Source: Patescibacteria group bacterium
Lineage (GTDB): Bacteria; Patescibacteriota; Minisyncoccia; UBA6257; JACRHW01
Length of the DNA stretch: 64,000 nucleotides
NCBI GenBank assembly: GCA_028865725.1
Contig: JAGWJP010000001.1
Coordinates: 294,568-358,567, forward strand
Direction: 5' to 3'
Shown here in pieces: positions 46,974-55,745 of the stretch. The stretch's first letter is position 1, and the number at the start of each line of letters is the position of its first letter. The position numbers and the translations under genes are program-made. The notes under the pieces are model-generated. The model worked only from the letters and a program-made list of their open reading frames with translations, had not been told where the DNA came from and made no database searches.

Positions 46974-49586
46974 ATGAAAGACAAAATCAAAATCAAAGGG
47001 GCGCGTGAGCACAACTTAAAAAATGTGCATTTGGAGTTGCCGCGTGGAAAGATGATTGTTTTTACCGGGCCCTCGGGATCCGGAAAATCTTCACTTGCAT
47101 TCGATACGATTTTTGCGGAAGGGCAGAGACGCTATATTGAATCATTGTCAGCTTATGCGCGACAGTTTTTAGGTCGCCTTGATAAGCCGGATGTGGATGA
47201 TATCGAGGGGCTTTCTCCCGCTATTTCCATTGATCAGAAAAGCCACTCTTCAAATCCGCGCTCGACGGTTGCGACGATCACGGAAATTTATGATTATTTG
47301 CGTGTATTATTCGCGCGCATCGGCACACCCTACTGTCCCGAGTGTGGAAAAGAGATTCGCAAAATGACGCGCGAGCAGATCGTGGATGTGGCGATTCAGT
47401 TTTCGGATAAGCATCGGATGAAGGATGGTGATCATTTTGTTCCGCGCGCAAAACGCGATGATAATTTTATTACTGTTTTTGCTCCTGTGGTGAGAGGAAG
47501 AAAAGGAGAGTATTATCAGATGCTCTATGATTTCTTGAATGCAGGGTTTAGCGAGGTGCGTATTGATGGCAACGTATATTCATTGCGGGAACGCATTCAG
47601 CTGAGTCGTTATAACGCGCACACCATTGAACTTGTGATTGATCGTATTCCTCTTACGCTTGATTTTGCGGACAAAGAGAATCGCCTTCGCATATCAGAGG
47701 CGGTGGAGTCAGGGATAAAATATGGAAATGATGTGGTGACGATTGCTGCAGCTTCGGATGAGATTACCCTTTCTACCAAGTTTTCCTGTCCCGAGGATGG
47801 ATTCGCGTTTCCTGAAATAGAACCGCGCTTGTTTTCATTTAATAGTCCTTATGGTGCCTGTTCCGAGTGCCATGGTATTGGTACAGAGCATCTATGGTCT
47901 GACGAGCCGTGCAAGATGTGCGAGGGGAAGCGACTTAAAAAGGAAAGTTTGAGTGTGTTGATAAATAACATTCATATTGCGCGTGTTACGCAGTTTTCCG
48001 TGGATGAGGCGTATCAGTTTTTTGACACTGTGGAGTCGACGCTTCTTGAACACAATGATACACGCCTGGGGGTTGCGGATGTGCCTCTCCGCGAGATTAA
48101 AAATCGGCTTCGCTTTTTGCAGAATGTAGGGCTTGAATACCTGACGCTTGAACGAAAAGCGGGAACGCTTTCAGGAGGAGAGGCGCAGCGTATTCGGTTG
48201 GCGTCACAGATCGGATCCCAGCTGACCGGCACGCTTTATGTTCTCGATGAGCCGACGATTGGTCTTCATCAACGTGATAATGCAAAATTAATTGCTACCC
48301 TTCACAAGCTTCGCGATCTTGGCAATACGATTATCGTTGTTGAGCATGATGAAGATACGATTCGTGCTTCAGACTATCTTGTGGATTTTGGCATAGGGGC
48401 GGGCGTTCACGGGGGCAGTGTAATGGCAGAGGGAGAGCTTTCGGATCTTTTGAAACACAAGAAAACCCAGTCACTGACGCTGGATTATTTGCGCGGCGTG
48501 AAGACGATTGCGGTGCCCGGGAAACGCCGGACGATAAAATCAAAACGTGGGTGGATTGATGAATCGCTCAAAATTCGCGGCGCCCACATTCATAATCTCA
48601 AAAACGTTGATGTCGATATTCCGCTTCGCAAACTAACCTGTGTAACTGGGGTTTCTGGTTCTGGAAAATCGACACTTATTTATGATGTGTTGCACCGATA
48701 TGTGTCCGACACGTTTAATGGTGTGTTTCGTCCGCGTCTGGGTGCAAGGCCAAAAAAATTCGAATGGTGCGATACGGTGCTCGGGCTTGAATATGTTAAT
48801 CGGGTGCTGACTATTGACCAATCTCCCATTGGCAGGACTCCTCGATCAAATCCGGCGACCTATGTGGGTGCGTGGACGCATATTCGCGATCTGTTTACTT
48901 CCACAGAGGACGCGCGCGTACGCGGATACAAGCCTGGACGCTTTAGTTTTAACGTGCGTGGCGGACGCTGTGAACATTGCGAGGGTCATGGTGTGATTGC
49001 GATCGAGATGCATTTTTTGCCTACTGTCTATGTACCCTGCGATGTGTGCAAGGGAAAGCGGTTTGATCGCGAGACGCTTGAAGTAGAGTACAGGCAGAAA
49101 AATATTTATGAGGTTCTTCAGATGACCGTAGAGGAAGCACTTATGTTTTTTGAAGATATTCCTTGGCTTGACGCAAAGCTTCGTATTTTGAATGAGGTCG
49201 GCTTAGGGTACCTTACACTTGGACAATCAGCCACCACACTTTCGGGAGGAGAAGCGCAACGCATCAAGTTGGCTGCAGAACTTGGAAAACATGATACACA
49301 CAGAACTCTTTATCTTCTTGATGAGCCCACAACGGGATTGCATTTTTCTGATATTGAGAAACTTCTCGACGTGCTGCAACGGTTGGTCGACAGGGGAAAT
49401 ACTGTTGTCGTAATCGAACACAATCTCGATGTCATAAAGACCGCTGATTGGATTATCGATCTTGGTCCCGAAGGGGGCGATCGTGGTGGAAAGATTGTTG
49501 CGACCGGTACCCCAGAAGAAATTGTGCGTAATGCACTCAGTATTACCGGGCGTTATCTTAAGGATGTTTTGAAAAAAATCGCGTAG
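46974..49586 (+). CDS. uvrA: excinuclease ABC subunit A
   Basis: 870 aa from Met 46974 (MKDKIKIKGAREHNLKNV). Two ABC ATPase modules: GPSGSGKSSLAFDT and GVSGSGKSTL Walker A, with LSGGEAQR signatures. Zinc-finger Cys clusters: CPECGK and CSECHG...CKMCEG. Confidence 0.95.
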   Translation: MKDKIKIKGAREHNLKNVHLELPRGKMIVFTGPSGSGKSSLAFDTIFAEGQRRYIESLSAYARQFLGRLDKPDVDDIEGLSPAISIDQKSHSSNPRSTVATITEIYDYLRVLFARIGTPYCPECGKEIRKMTREQIVDVAIQFSDKHRMKDGDHFVPRAKRDDNFITVFAPVVRGRKGEYYQMLYDFLNAGFSEVRIDGNVYSLRERIQLSRYNAHTIELVIDRIPLTLDFADKENRLRISEAVESGIKYGNDVVTIAAASDEITLSTKFSCPEDGFAFPEIEPRLFSFNSPYGACSECHGIGTEHLWSDEPCKMCEGKRLKKESLSVLINNIHIARVTQFSVDEAYQFFDTVESTLLEHNDTRLGVADVPLREIKNRLRFLQNVGLEYLTLERKAGTLSGGEAQRIRLASQIGSQLTGTLYVLDEPTIGLHQRDNAKLIATLHKLRDLGNTIIVVEHDEDTIRASDYLVDFGIGAGVHGGSVMAEGELSDLLKHKKTQSLTLDYLRGVKTIAVPGKRRTIKSKRGWIDESLKIRGAHIHNLKNVDVDIPLRKLTCVTGVSGSGKSTLIYDVLHRYVSDTFNGVFRPRLGARPKKFEWCDTVLGLEYVNRVLTIDQSPIGRTPRSNPATYVGAWTHIRDLFTSTEDARVRGYKPGRFSFNVRGGRCEHCEGHGVIAIEMHFLPTVYVPCDVCKGKRFDRETLEVEYRQKNIYEVLQMTVEEALMFFEDIPWLDAKLRILNEVGLGYLTLGQSATTLSGGEAQRIKLAAELGKHDTHRTLYLLDEPTTGLHFSDIEKLLDVLQRLVDRGNTVVVIEHNLDVIKTADWIIDLGPEGGDRGGKIVATGTPEEIVRNALSITGRYLKDVLKKIA

Positions 49587-49651
49587 GATATTGCCTGTTT
49601 TTAATTTTTTTGATAAAATGAAACGAATCTCATGGGAGGAGAGTTGGAGTA

Positions 49652-49984
49652 ATGTCTCGTGCAGTTATTGTCCCTGAGAATTATTACATTAAACCAGGCG
49701 ATATTGATACAAGTAAGCCATTTTTGGGGATTTTTGGAAAACTGGGCGCTGAAGTATTTGGACATATGTTTGTGCAAATGTGTCAGCATAATGGATTTTG
49801 GAATGCGTTTACCCGCGATGAGCTTGCCGTATGTTGCACACAAGCGGGTGCAAATATGTTTTTTCTCGATTGGTTTATTGTTCGGGATCTCCTCGTATGC
49901 GATATGCATGGAAAATTCTGTGCCACTCTGGAGTTTGTGAACAGTTGTCCGCGCGTAACTCCGCCTGCCACACCAGTACAATAA
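49652..49984 (+). CDS. hypothetical Cys-rich protein
   Basis: 110 aa. GGGAGGAG lies 9 nt upstream. 7 Cys. No domain recognised. Confidence 0.4.
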   Translation: MSRAVIVPENYYIKPGDIDTSKPFLGIFGKLGAEVFGHMFVQMCQHNGFWNAFTRDELAVCCTQAGANMFFLDWFIVRDLLVCDMHGKFCATLEFVNSCPRVTPPATPVQ

Positions 49985-50035
49985 ACAAACAGCAAGACCT
50001 TGATTAAGGTCTTCTTTTTTTGAAAGAATAGAATT

Positions 50036-50860
50036 ATGACATCTTTATCACGAATCCGACAATTTAGGAGAACGGTTCGCGCATATTATCGTAAGCACAA
50101 ACGTGCTTTTCCGTGGCGCGAAACTGCGGATCCCTATCATATTTTAGTGTCTGAAATTATGCTGCAACAGACCCAAGTTGGAAGAGTCTGTGAAAAGTAT
50201 CCAGAGTTTGTTGCCGCGTTTCCTGAGGTTGCCTCACTTGCCGAAGCCCCTTTGTCCTCTGTGCTTCGCGTGTGGAAGGGCATGGGGTATAATCGTCGCG
50301 CGCTTGCCCTCAAGTCTATCGCGTACATCGTATGTCAGAAATATGGCGGGGTTATTCCGCGCGATCCTGAGATTCTTCGTACTTTGCCAGGTATTGGCAA
50401 AGGTACCGCAGGTTCGATTCCCGCGTTTGCGTACAATATACCCACGGTATTTATTGAAACGAATATACGCCGCGTATTTATTTATCACTTTTTTCCTCAC
50501 GCAACACAAGTGCGTGATGAGACTATTTTGAAATTAGTCGCAGAAACTCTTGATCGGAAAAATCCGCGCGCCTGGTACTCCGCGCTTATGGATTATGGAT
50601 CCTATCTTGGTAGTACGCTTCGCGGCAATAACCCGAATATAAAAAGTAAACATTATCGCAAGCAATCCGCATTTGAAGGATCGAACAGAAAAATACGCGG
50701 CATAATTATCGCGTTGCTTTCGAACGGACAAAAACAATCAATGCATGCTGTTATTCGTGCTGCGGGAAACGATTCCGGACGTGTGAGGCACAATCTTTCT
50801 GTCCTCGTGAAAGAAGGATTCCTTGAAAAACAACGTGGAGGGTACAGGATGAAATCCTGA
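50036..50860 (+). CDS. HhH-GPD DNA glycosylase (MutY/Nth-like) without [4Fe-4S] Cys cluster, C-terminal winged-helix-like tail
   Basis: FPWRETADPYHILVSEIMLQQTQV is the MutY/Nth N-terminal helix. LPGIGKGTAGSIPAFAY is HhH-GPD. No C-x6-C-x2-C-x5-C motif anywhere in the ORF. No NUDIX domain. Confidence 0.65.
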   Translation: MTSLSRIRQFRRTVRAYYRKHKRAFPWRETADPYHILVSEIMLQQTQVGRVCEKYPEFVAAFPEVASLAEAPLSSVLRVWKGMGYNRRALALKSIAYIVCQKYGGVIPRDPEILRTLPGIGKGTAGSIPAFAYNIPTVFIETNIRRVFIYHFFPHATQVRDETILKLVAETLDRKNPRAWYSALMDYGSYLGSTLRGNNPNIKSKHYRKQSAFEGSNRKIRGIIIALLSNGQKQSMHAVIRAAGNDSGRVRHNLSVLVKEGFLEKQRGGYRMKS

Positions 50861-50875
50861 AGTTTAAGAAGAATA

Positions 50876-50905
50876 AAACTGCTCGGGAGACGAGCAGTTT
50901 TTAAA
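50876..50905 (+). terminator. rho-independent terminator
   Basis: AACTGCTCG-GGAGA-CGAGCAGTT followed by TTTTAAATT. Confidence 0.5.
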
Positions 50906-51245
50906 TTGTTGTAGAGATAGACTATCGGCGGCAGATTTTTGTGGCGTCCCTTTGGTTTCCAGGTAGCGGATATGGTTTTTGCACCGCAAGCGTGCGTACA
51001 TGCCTCTCATTATAATAATAGTTATGTATTGTGAAAGTTCATACGTACGACGTACATCATGATGATGGGGTGTGTGTCGAAAAACTTATATTTCGCGTTT
51101 TCCACAATGCCTGAACGATCATTCTTGGCCTTTTGACTATCTCTTATTTTCGATGATTCTCAAAGTTCTTCTTACAGTATACTGGCGTGCGAAGAAGCAT
51201 TCAATATATTGATTGTGGATATCTTATGTGGCATTATGAGTATCT

Positions 51246-52430
51246 ATGTTATATTCAAAATTTCCCTCTACGCCCGGCGTCTACCGCATGAAAGATCATG
51301 CAGGAAAGACATTATATATAGGAAAAGCTGCAAATCTGAAGCGGCGTGTTTCTAGTTATTTTACTCGTACTCTCGATCCGCGTATTGCCACAATGGTGTC
51401 GCGTGTTCATGCAATTGAATATATCAAAACGAAAAGCGTTCTTGAGGCCTTGATACTCGAAGCAGAACTTATTAAAAAAGAACAGCCCCCCTTTAACGTG
51501 AAGGAGAGGGATGATAAAAGTTTTTTGTATATCGAAATTATGCGTGAAGCATTTCCCCGCGTTCTTCTTACGCGCGGGAGATCTGCGCGCGCAGGAAAAC
51601 GATTTGGACCTTTTGTTTCTGCGCATGACGCGCGCGAGGCATTGCGTATTCTTCGCCGTATTTTTCCATGGAGTGTTCATACACCGGAAAAAGTAGGCAC
51701 GTACAAAAAACCATGTTTCGATTATCAAATTGGATTATGTCCGGGAACATGCATAGGAGCAATTTCTAAGACGGAATATCGCAAGAATATTCATCGTCTT
51801 GCCGATTTTCTAAGCGGCAGGAGAGAACGGGTTATTCTTTCGCTGGAACGTGATATGCACCGTGCGAGTACGACGCTCGCGTTTGAACACGCAGAAAGCG
51901 TGAAGCGTCAACTTCACGCTCTTTACCATATTCAAGATACTGCACTTATTTCAGAAAACGTGATACGCGGTGCGCACCCCTCTTCACAAGACGTACGTAT
52001 CGAAGGGTATGATATCTCCAATATTTCTGGGGTCTCTGCGGTGGGATCGATGGTGGTATTTGTGAACGGCATGCCCGATAAAAAAGAGTATAAGAAATTT
52101 AAGATTCATACTATTACCGGTGCAAACGATGTGGGTATGTTAGAAGAAGTTTTGCGTCGTAGATTTCATCGTGCATGGAAATTACCTAATCTGATTCTTG
52201 TGGATGGCGGTACACCGCAGGTCAATCGCGCAAAACTTGTATTGCGCGATGCCGGTTTAGGAATTCCCGTGGTCGGTATTGCAAAAGGACCTGCACGCGA
52301 CAAAAATGAATTTGTGGGGGATACCACATCAAAGGATGAGGAGCAAATCTTGATTCGCGTGCGCGATGAAGCACATCGTTTCGCGGTAAGTTATCACAAA
52401 GTCGTGCGCGGAACAACATTCTTCCAATAA
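51246..52430 (+). CDS. uvrC: excinuclease ABC subunit C, short form lacking C-terminal (HhH)2 domain
   Basis: 394 aa. N-terminal GIY-YIG (PGVYRMKDHAGKTLYIGKAANLKRRVSSYF). Cys-rich UvrB-interaction region (CFDYQIGLCPGTC). C-terminal endonuclease/RNase-H-like domain (IEGYDISNISG...LILVDGG). Confidence 0.8.
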   Translation: MLYSKFPSTPGVYRMKDHAGKTLYIGKAANLKRRVSSYFTRTLDPRIATMVSRVHAIEYIKTKSVLEALILEAELIKKEQPPFNVKERDDKSFLYIEIMREAFPRVLLTRGRSARAGKRFGPFVSAHDAREALRILRRIFPWSVHTPEKVGTYKKPCFDYQIGLCPGTCIGAISKTEYRKNIHRLADFLSGRRERVILSLERDMHRASTTLAFEHAESVKRQLHALYHIQDTALISENVIRGAHPSSQDVRIEGYDISNISGVSAVGSMVVFVNGMPDKKEYKKFKIHTITGANDVGMLEEVLRRRFHRAWKLPNLILVDGGTPQVNRAKLVLRDAGLGIPVVGIAKGPARDKNEFVGDTTSKDEEQILIRVRDEAHRFAVSYHKVVRGTTFFQ

Positions 52431-52433
52431 AAA

Positions 52434-52480
52434 ACACTGCATTATGCAGTGGAGCGAGTAAGTCCTTTTTATTACTCGTT
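52434..52480 (-). terminator. tandem hairpins, T-tract on minus strand (terminator for the small minus-strand ORF, possibly bidirectional for uvrC)
   Basis: CACTGCAT-T-ATGCAGTG and CGAGTAA-GTCCTTTTTA-TTACTCG. On the minus strand the first hairpin is followed by TTTTTT. Confidence 0.5.
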
Positions 52481-52621
52481 TTCATGGGAGGTAGCACGGC
52501 GACGTTTTACTTCTATGCAATATTCACAGGAACAGTGATAAGCCCGTTTTGCATACATGTGGGCAAGAAGACCCCGCTTGACTCGCGCAATCCCTTTCCG
52601 GTGTCTTTGTGCTTTTCGCAT
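52472..52621 (-). CDS. unannotated 49-aa basic Cys-containing small protein
   Basis: Manually translated from the reverse complement: MRKAQRHRKGIARVKRGLLAHMYAKRAYHCSCEYCIEVKRRRATSHENE. GGAGG lies 10 nt upstream of the ATG. It ends at TAA in front of the tandem terminator. It is below the ORF-track size cut-off. Confidence 0.35.
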   Translation of the reverse strand: MRKAQRHRKGIARVKRGLLAHMYAKRAYHCSCEYCIEVKRRRATSHENE

Positions 52622-52744
52622 TTCACTTTTGCCTCCTTGACTCATATGCTGAATTAAGTATATTCGTCTTTTGGTGGGTAGGCAACCTATTTTTGTTTTG
52701 GTGGAGAGCGCATTATAATGGAAATAAGGCTCGTTTAATATGGT

Positions 52745-53938
52745 ATGACTGTTTCTTTTCTTGCGCCTCTCGTGCAGGCAATGTCGAATATGCTGGTTTC
52801 CATGAACGCGAAAAATGCGGTAGATTTTTGTATCGTGGCCTCTCTTGTATATTTGGTGCTCGTTTTGTTTCGTAGATCAGGTTCGTATGTGATGCTGCAA
52901 GGCGTGCTTTTTCTTTTTCTTCTTTATGCATGCGCCGCCTATTTTCACCTTTATCTTACAAGTTTGTTATTCGGATATTTTTTCACGTTCTTTATCGTCG
53001 TATTTGTAATTATTTTTCAGCGTGAGTTGCGGACGTTTTTTGAGTGGCTTCCTATGATTGGACGTATGAGGGGATTACGCAGAAGCCTGAGCGCAACAGA
53101 CGTTCTTGTTGGAATGGTACGAAGCGCGGTAGACACGCTCGCAAAAAATAAAACCGGAGCGCTTATTGTGTTTCCCGGGTTTCAGCCAGTAGACCGTTTT
53201 TTGGAAAAAGGAACTCCATTAAATGGCGATGTGTCTACAACATTGTTGCTCAGTATTTTTGATACTTCTTCTCCCGGACATGACGGCGCAGTGGTGATAC
53301 GGGGAAATAAGATCTCTCGTTTTGGTGTTCACCTTCCTCTTGCGGAGCGAGAGTCTGAACAGTTGCGGGGGGCGGGAACACGCCACCGAGCGGCTCTTGG
53401 TCTTGTCGAGCGCACCGATGCGCTCGTGCTTGTCGTTTCTGAAGAACGGGGGACTATTTCTCTTGCACAAAACGGAACGATAAAAACTGTGGCAGATTCA
53501 TCCGTATGCGCAGCGCATCTTCATTCCTTTCTTGATCAATTTTCTGCAGAGACAGAACGCGGTTTTTTAAAAAAGGTTTTGTTCTCCTATGTGCCTGAAA
53601 AAATTCTTGCTCTTCTAATCACTACCTTTCTTTGGTTTGTATTTGTAGTGCAAGGCGGAGTTATTCATAAAGAGCTTCTTGTACCTGTCGAATTTAAGTT
53701 TCTTGGTCCCAATCTTGCTGTAGAGAGTGTGCGTCCGACTGAGGTGGGAGTGAGTCTTAGTGGAAAAGCTTTAGATTTCAATTTGCTTAATCCTGAAGAT
53801 GTACAGGTGGTTGTCAATGCGACTGGTTTTAAAACAGGGTCTTACACCGTTACGCTTACACCCAAAAACGTAGAGGTGACAGGAAATTTTTCGGTAGATA
53901 CGGTTACTCCTGATCATGTTACGTTCCGCGTGCAATAA
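52745..53938 (+). CDS. cdaA: diadenylate cyclase CdaA fused to YbbR-like (CdaR-type) domain
   Basis: Three N-terminal TM helices. The DAC domain carries DGA (SPGHDGAVVIRG) and RHR (GTRHRAALGL) motifs and VVSEERGTISLA. After an extra TM (ILALLITTFLWFVFVV), a ~110-aa beta-rich YbbR-like module follows (VPVEFKFLGPNLAVESV...VTLTPKNVEVTGNFSVDTV). Confidence 0.65.
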   Translation: MTVSFLAPLVQAMSNMLVSMNAKNAVDFCIVASLVYLVLVLFRRSGSYVMLQGVLFLFLLYACAAYFHLYLTSLLFGYFFTFFIVVFVIIFQRELRTFFEWLPMIGRMRGLRRSLSATDVLVGMVRSAVDTLAKNKTGALIVFPGFQPVDRFLEKGTPLNGDVSTTLLLSIFDTSSPGHDGAVVIRGNKISRFGVHLPLAERESEQLRGAGTRHRAALGLVERTDALVLVVSEERGTISLAQNGTIKTVADSSVCAAHLHSFLDQFSAETERGFLKKVLFSYVPEKILALLITTFLWFVFVVQGGVIHKELLVPVEFKFLGPNLAVESVRPTEVGVSLSGKALDFNLLNPEDVQVVVNATGFKTGSYTVTLTPKNVEVTGNFSVDTVTPDHVTFRVQ

Positions 53939-54110
53939 ATGATAGAGTCGTCCTTTGTGCTATGGCGCACTCTGCATAGAGTTTTTGTGCTGGAGGATTC
54001 CACCTCCACTTAACGCGAAGTAATATTTGAGTAATATACATGAAAGATTGACAGAAGGAACCTGATCTAATAAGGTGGATGTAGGTCTTTTGCAAGAAGG
54101 GAATCCCTCC

Positions 54111-54506
54111 ATGAAGTCATTAGAGATTGATGTAGGAAGTCGTTCCTATCGCTGGCTTCGGTTTGTGTATGGCACCTTGCGTGGCATACCATTTGACCAT
54201 CCTCGGGATGTATGCAGTTACTTTTGGGGCATTGTGTGGAGTCCGGTGGCTGCTCTTGTTTCTCCTTGGGCGTTGTGTTTCTATTTTATCTGTTGCCTAG
54301 GTTTACTGATGAGCATGCAGGTGCATAAGGTGGGTCTGCTTTTTTATGCAAAAATTGTAGGAATTGTGTTGGGGTGTATGTTGTCGTTGATGGTCCTTGT
54401 TCTCGCGTTCACTGCTTTGTGTGGTGTGCTCAAGCCATATTGGGATTCATTGAAAAAGCGGCACTGTGCTCTTATCACCTATACGGATAAAAAGAATTCT
54501 CTATAG
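54111..54506 (+). CDS. hypothetical membrane protein
   Basis: About 131 aa with 3 TM helices. No domain recognised. Confidence 0.35.
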   Translation: MKSLEIDVGSRSYRWLRFVYGTLRGIPFDHPRDVCSYFWGIVWSPVAALVSPWALCFYFICCLGLLMSMQVHKVGLLFYAKIVGIVLGCMLSLMVLVLAFTALCGVLKPYWDSLKKRHCALITYTDKKNSL

Positions 54507-54650
54507 AGACAGGAAGGAGACAGCGAATAATTTATGATTTCGATCCTGTACGCGTATCTGTGTGCGGGGTCTTTTCTTTTCAAATCCTAAAAAATATGAT
54601 ATTTTTAGTGCGTTCTATCAATGTTGTTTACTAAAATTCATAAGCTTTCT

Positions 54651-55661
54651 ATGTCTAAACTTTCGATCGGAATTGTAGGGTTGCCGAACGTGGGGAAATC
54701 GACGCTTTTTCATGTACTCACCAGACAGTTGGTGACGATTGCAAATTATCCTTTTGCGACTATCGATCCAAATGTCGGTGTTGTGGCGGTTCCGGATGAG
54801 CGATTAGATGTGCTCGCTGAACTTTCTCATTCAAAGAAAAAAGTACCCGCAGTGGTGGAGTTTTATGATATCGCCGGACTTGTGAAAGGGGCAAATCAGG
54901 GGGAAGGGCTGGGAAATCAGTTTCTTGCGCACATCAGGGATGTGCGTGCTATTGTGCAAGTGGTGCGCGTATTTGAATCATCTGAGATTATTCATGTTGA
55001 AGACGCCGTCAATCCGCTTCGCGATATTGAGATTATCAATACCGAACTTATCTTGAAAGATTTGGATACACTGCAGAAACGTATGCACAAGCTTGAAGCT
55101 GAAGCGCGCACGGGCGACAAAACAAAGTTAAAAGATAAGGAAGTGTTAAAAACGATTGAGGAGGGGCTTTTGCGCAATGTTCTTGCACGGAATGTAGATG
55201 AAGCGCTTCTCGACGAACCCGTACTCCTTGAATTGAATCTTTTGACGATGAAGGCGCAGGTCTATCTTTTCAACGGCCGGAAGGAGGACGTGACGGATGA
55301 TCTCATTCATGCCGTATCCATGCTCCATGCTGATTATCTTATTGCCGATCTTGCCGCATCGGACGCGGTACCCGCTCTTATCAAAAAGACTTATGAGGTG
55401 CTCGGGCTTATCAGTTTCTTTACGACCGGCGAAGATGAAACGCGCGCATGGACGATTGAACGCGGCATAAAGGCGCCACAGGCGGCAGGGGTTATTCATA
55501 CTGATTTTGAGCATAAGTTTATTAAAGCAGAGGTGGTGGCGTGGGATGTGTTGCGGGATTGCGGCGAATGGTCGGCGGCAAAACAAAAAGGAAAATTGCG
55601 CCTTGAGGGGAAAGAGTATATAGTCGCTGACGGGGACGTGATGGTCATCAAACATGGATAG
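54651..55661 (+). CDS. ychF: redox-regulated ribosome-binding ATPase YchF (Obg-family GTPase)
   Basis: The G1 motif is IGIVGLPNVGKSTLF. An NxxE-like specificity region and C-terminal TGS domain are present (HTDFEHKFIKAEVV). Confidence 0.85.
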   Translation: MSKLSIGIVGLPNVGKSTLFHVLTRQLVTIANYPFATIDPNVGVVAVPDERLDVLAELSHSKKKVPAVVEFYDIAGLVKGANQGEGLGNQFLAHIRDVRAIVQVVRVFESSEIIHVEDAVNPLRDIEIINTELILKDLDTLQKRMHKLEAEARTGDKTKLKDKEVLKTIEEGLLRNVLARNVDEALLDEPVLLELNLLTMKAQVYLFNGRKEDVTDDLIHAVSMLHADYLIADLAASDAVPALIKKTYEVLGLISFFTTGEDETRAWTIERGIKAPQAAGVIHTDFEHKFIKAEVVAWDVLRDCGEWSAAKQKGKLRLEGKEYIVADGDVMVIKHG

Positions 55662-55745
55662 AATAAATTTAAAACTCAAAATGCAAAAGTCAAAACTAAA
55701 ACTTAAAAATAAAAACTATATTCCGTTAGTTTTAACTTTTGATTT

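Noticed and set aside
50906-51245. 340-bp intergenic region upstream of uvrC as a possible ncRNA or 20-aa ORF (MPLIIIIVMYCESSYVRRTS)
   Set aside because: There is no convincing promoter, terminator or structure. The tiny ORF has no RBS. This cannot be supported from sequence alone.
52222-52497. 91-aa minus-strand ORF overlapping the 3' end of uvrC
   Set aside because: It is antisense to the uvrC endonuclease domain. The real small gene in this region is in a different frame (52472..52621).
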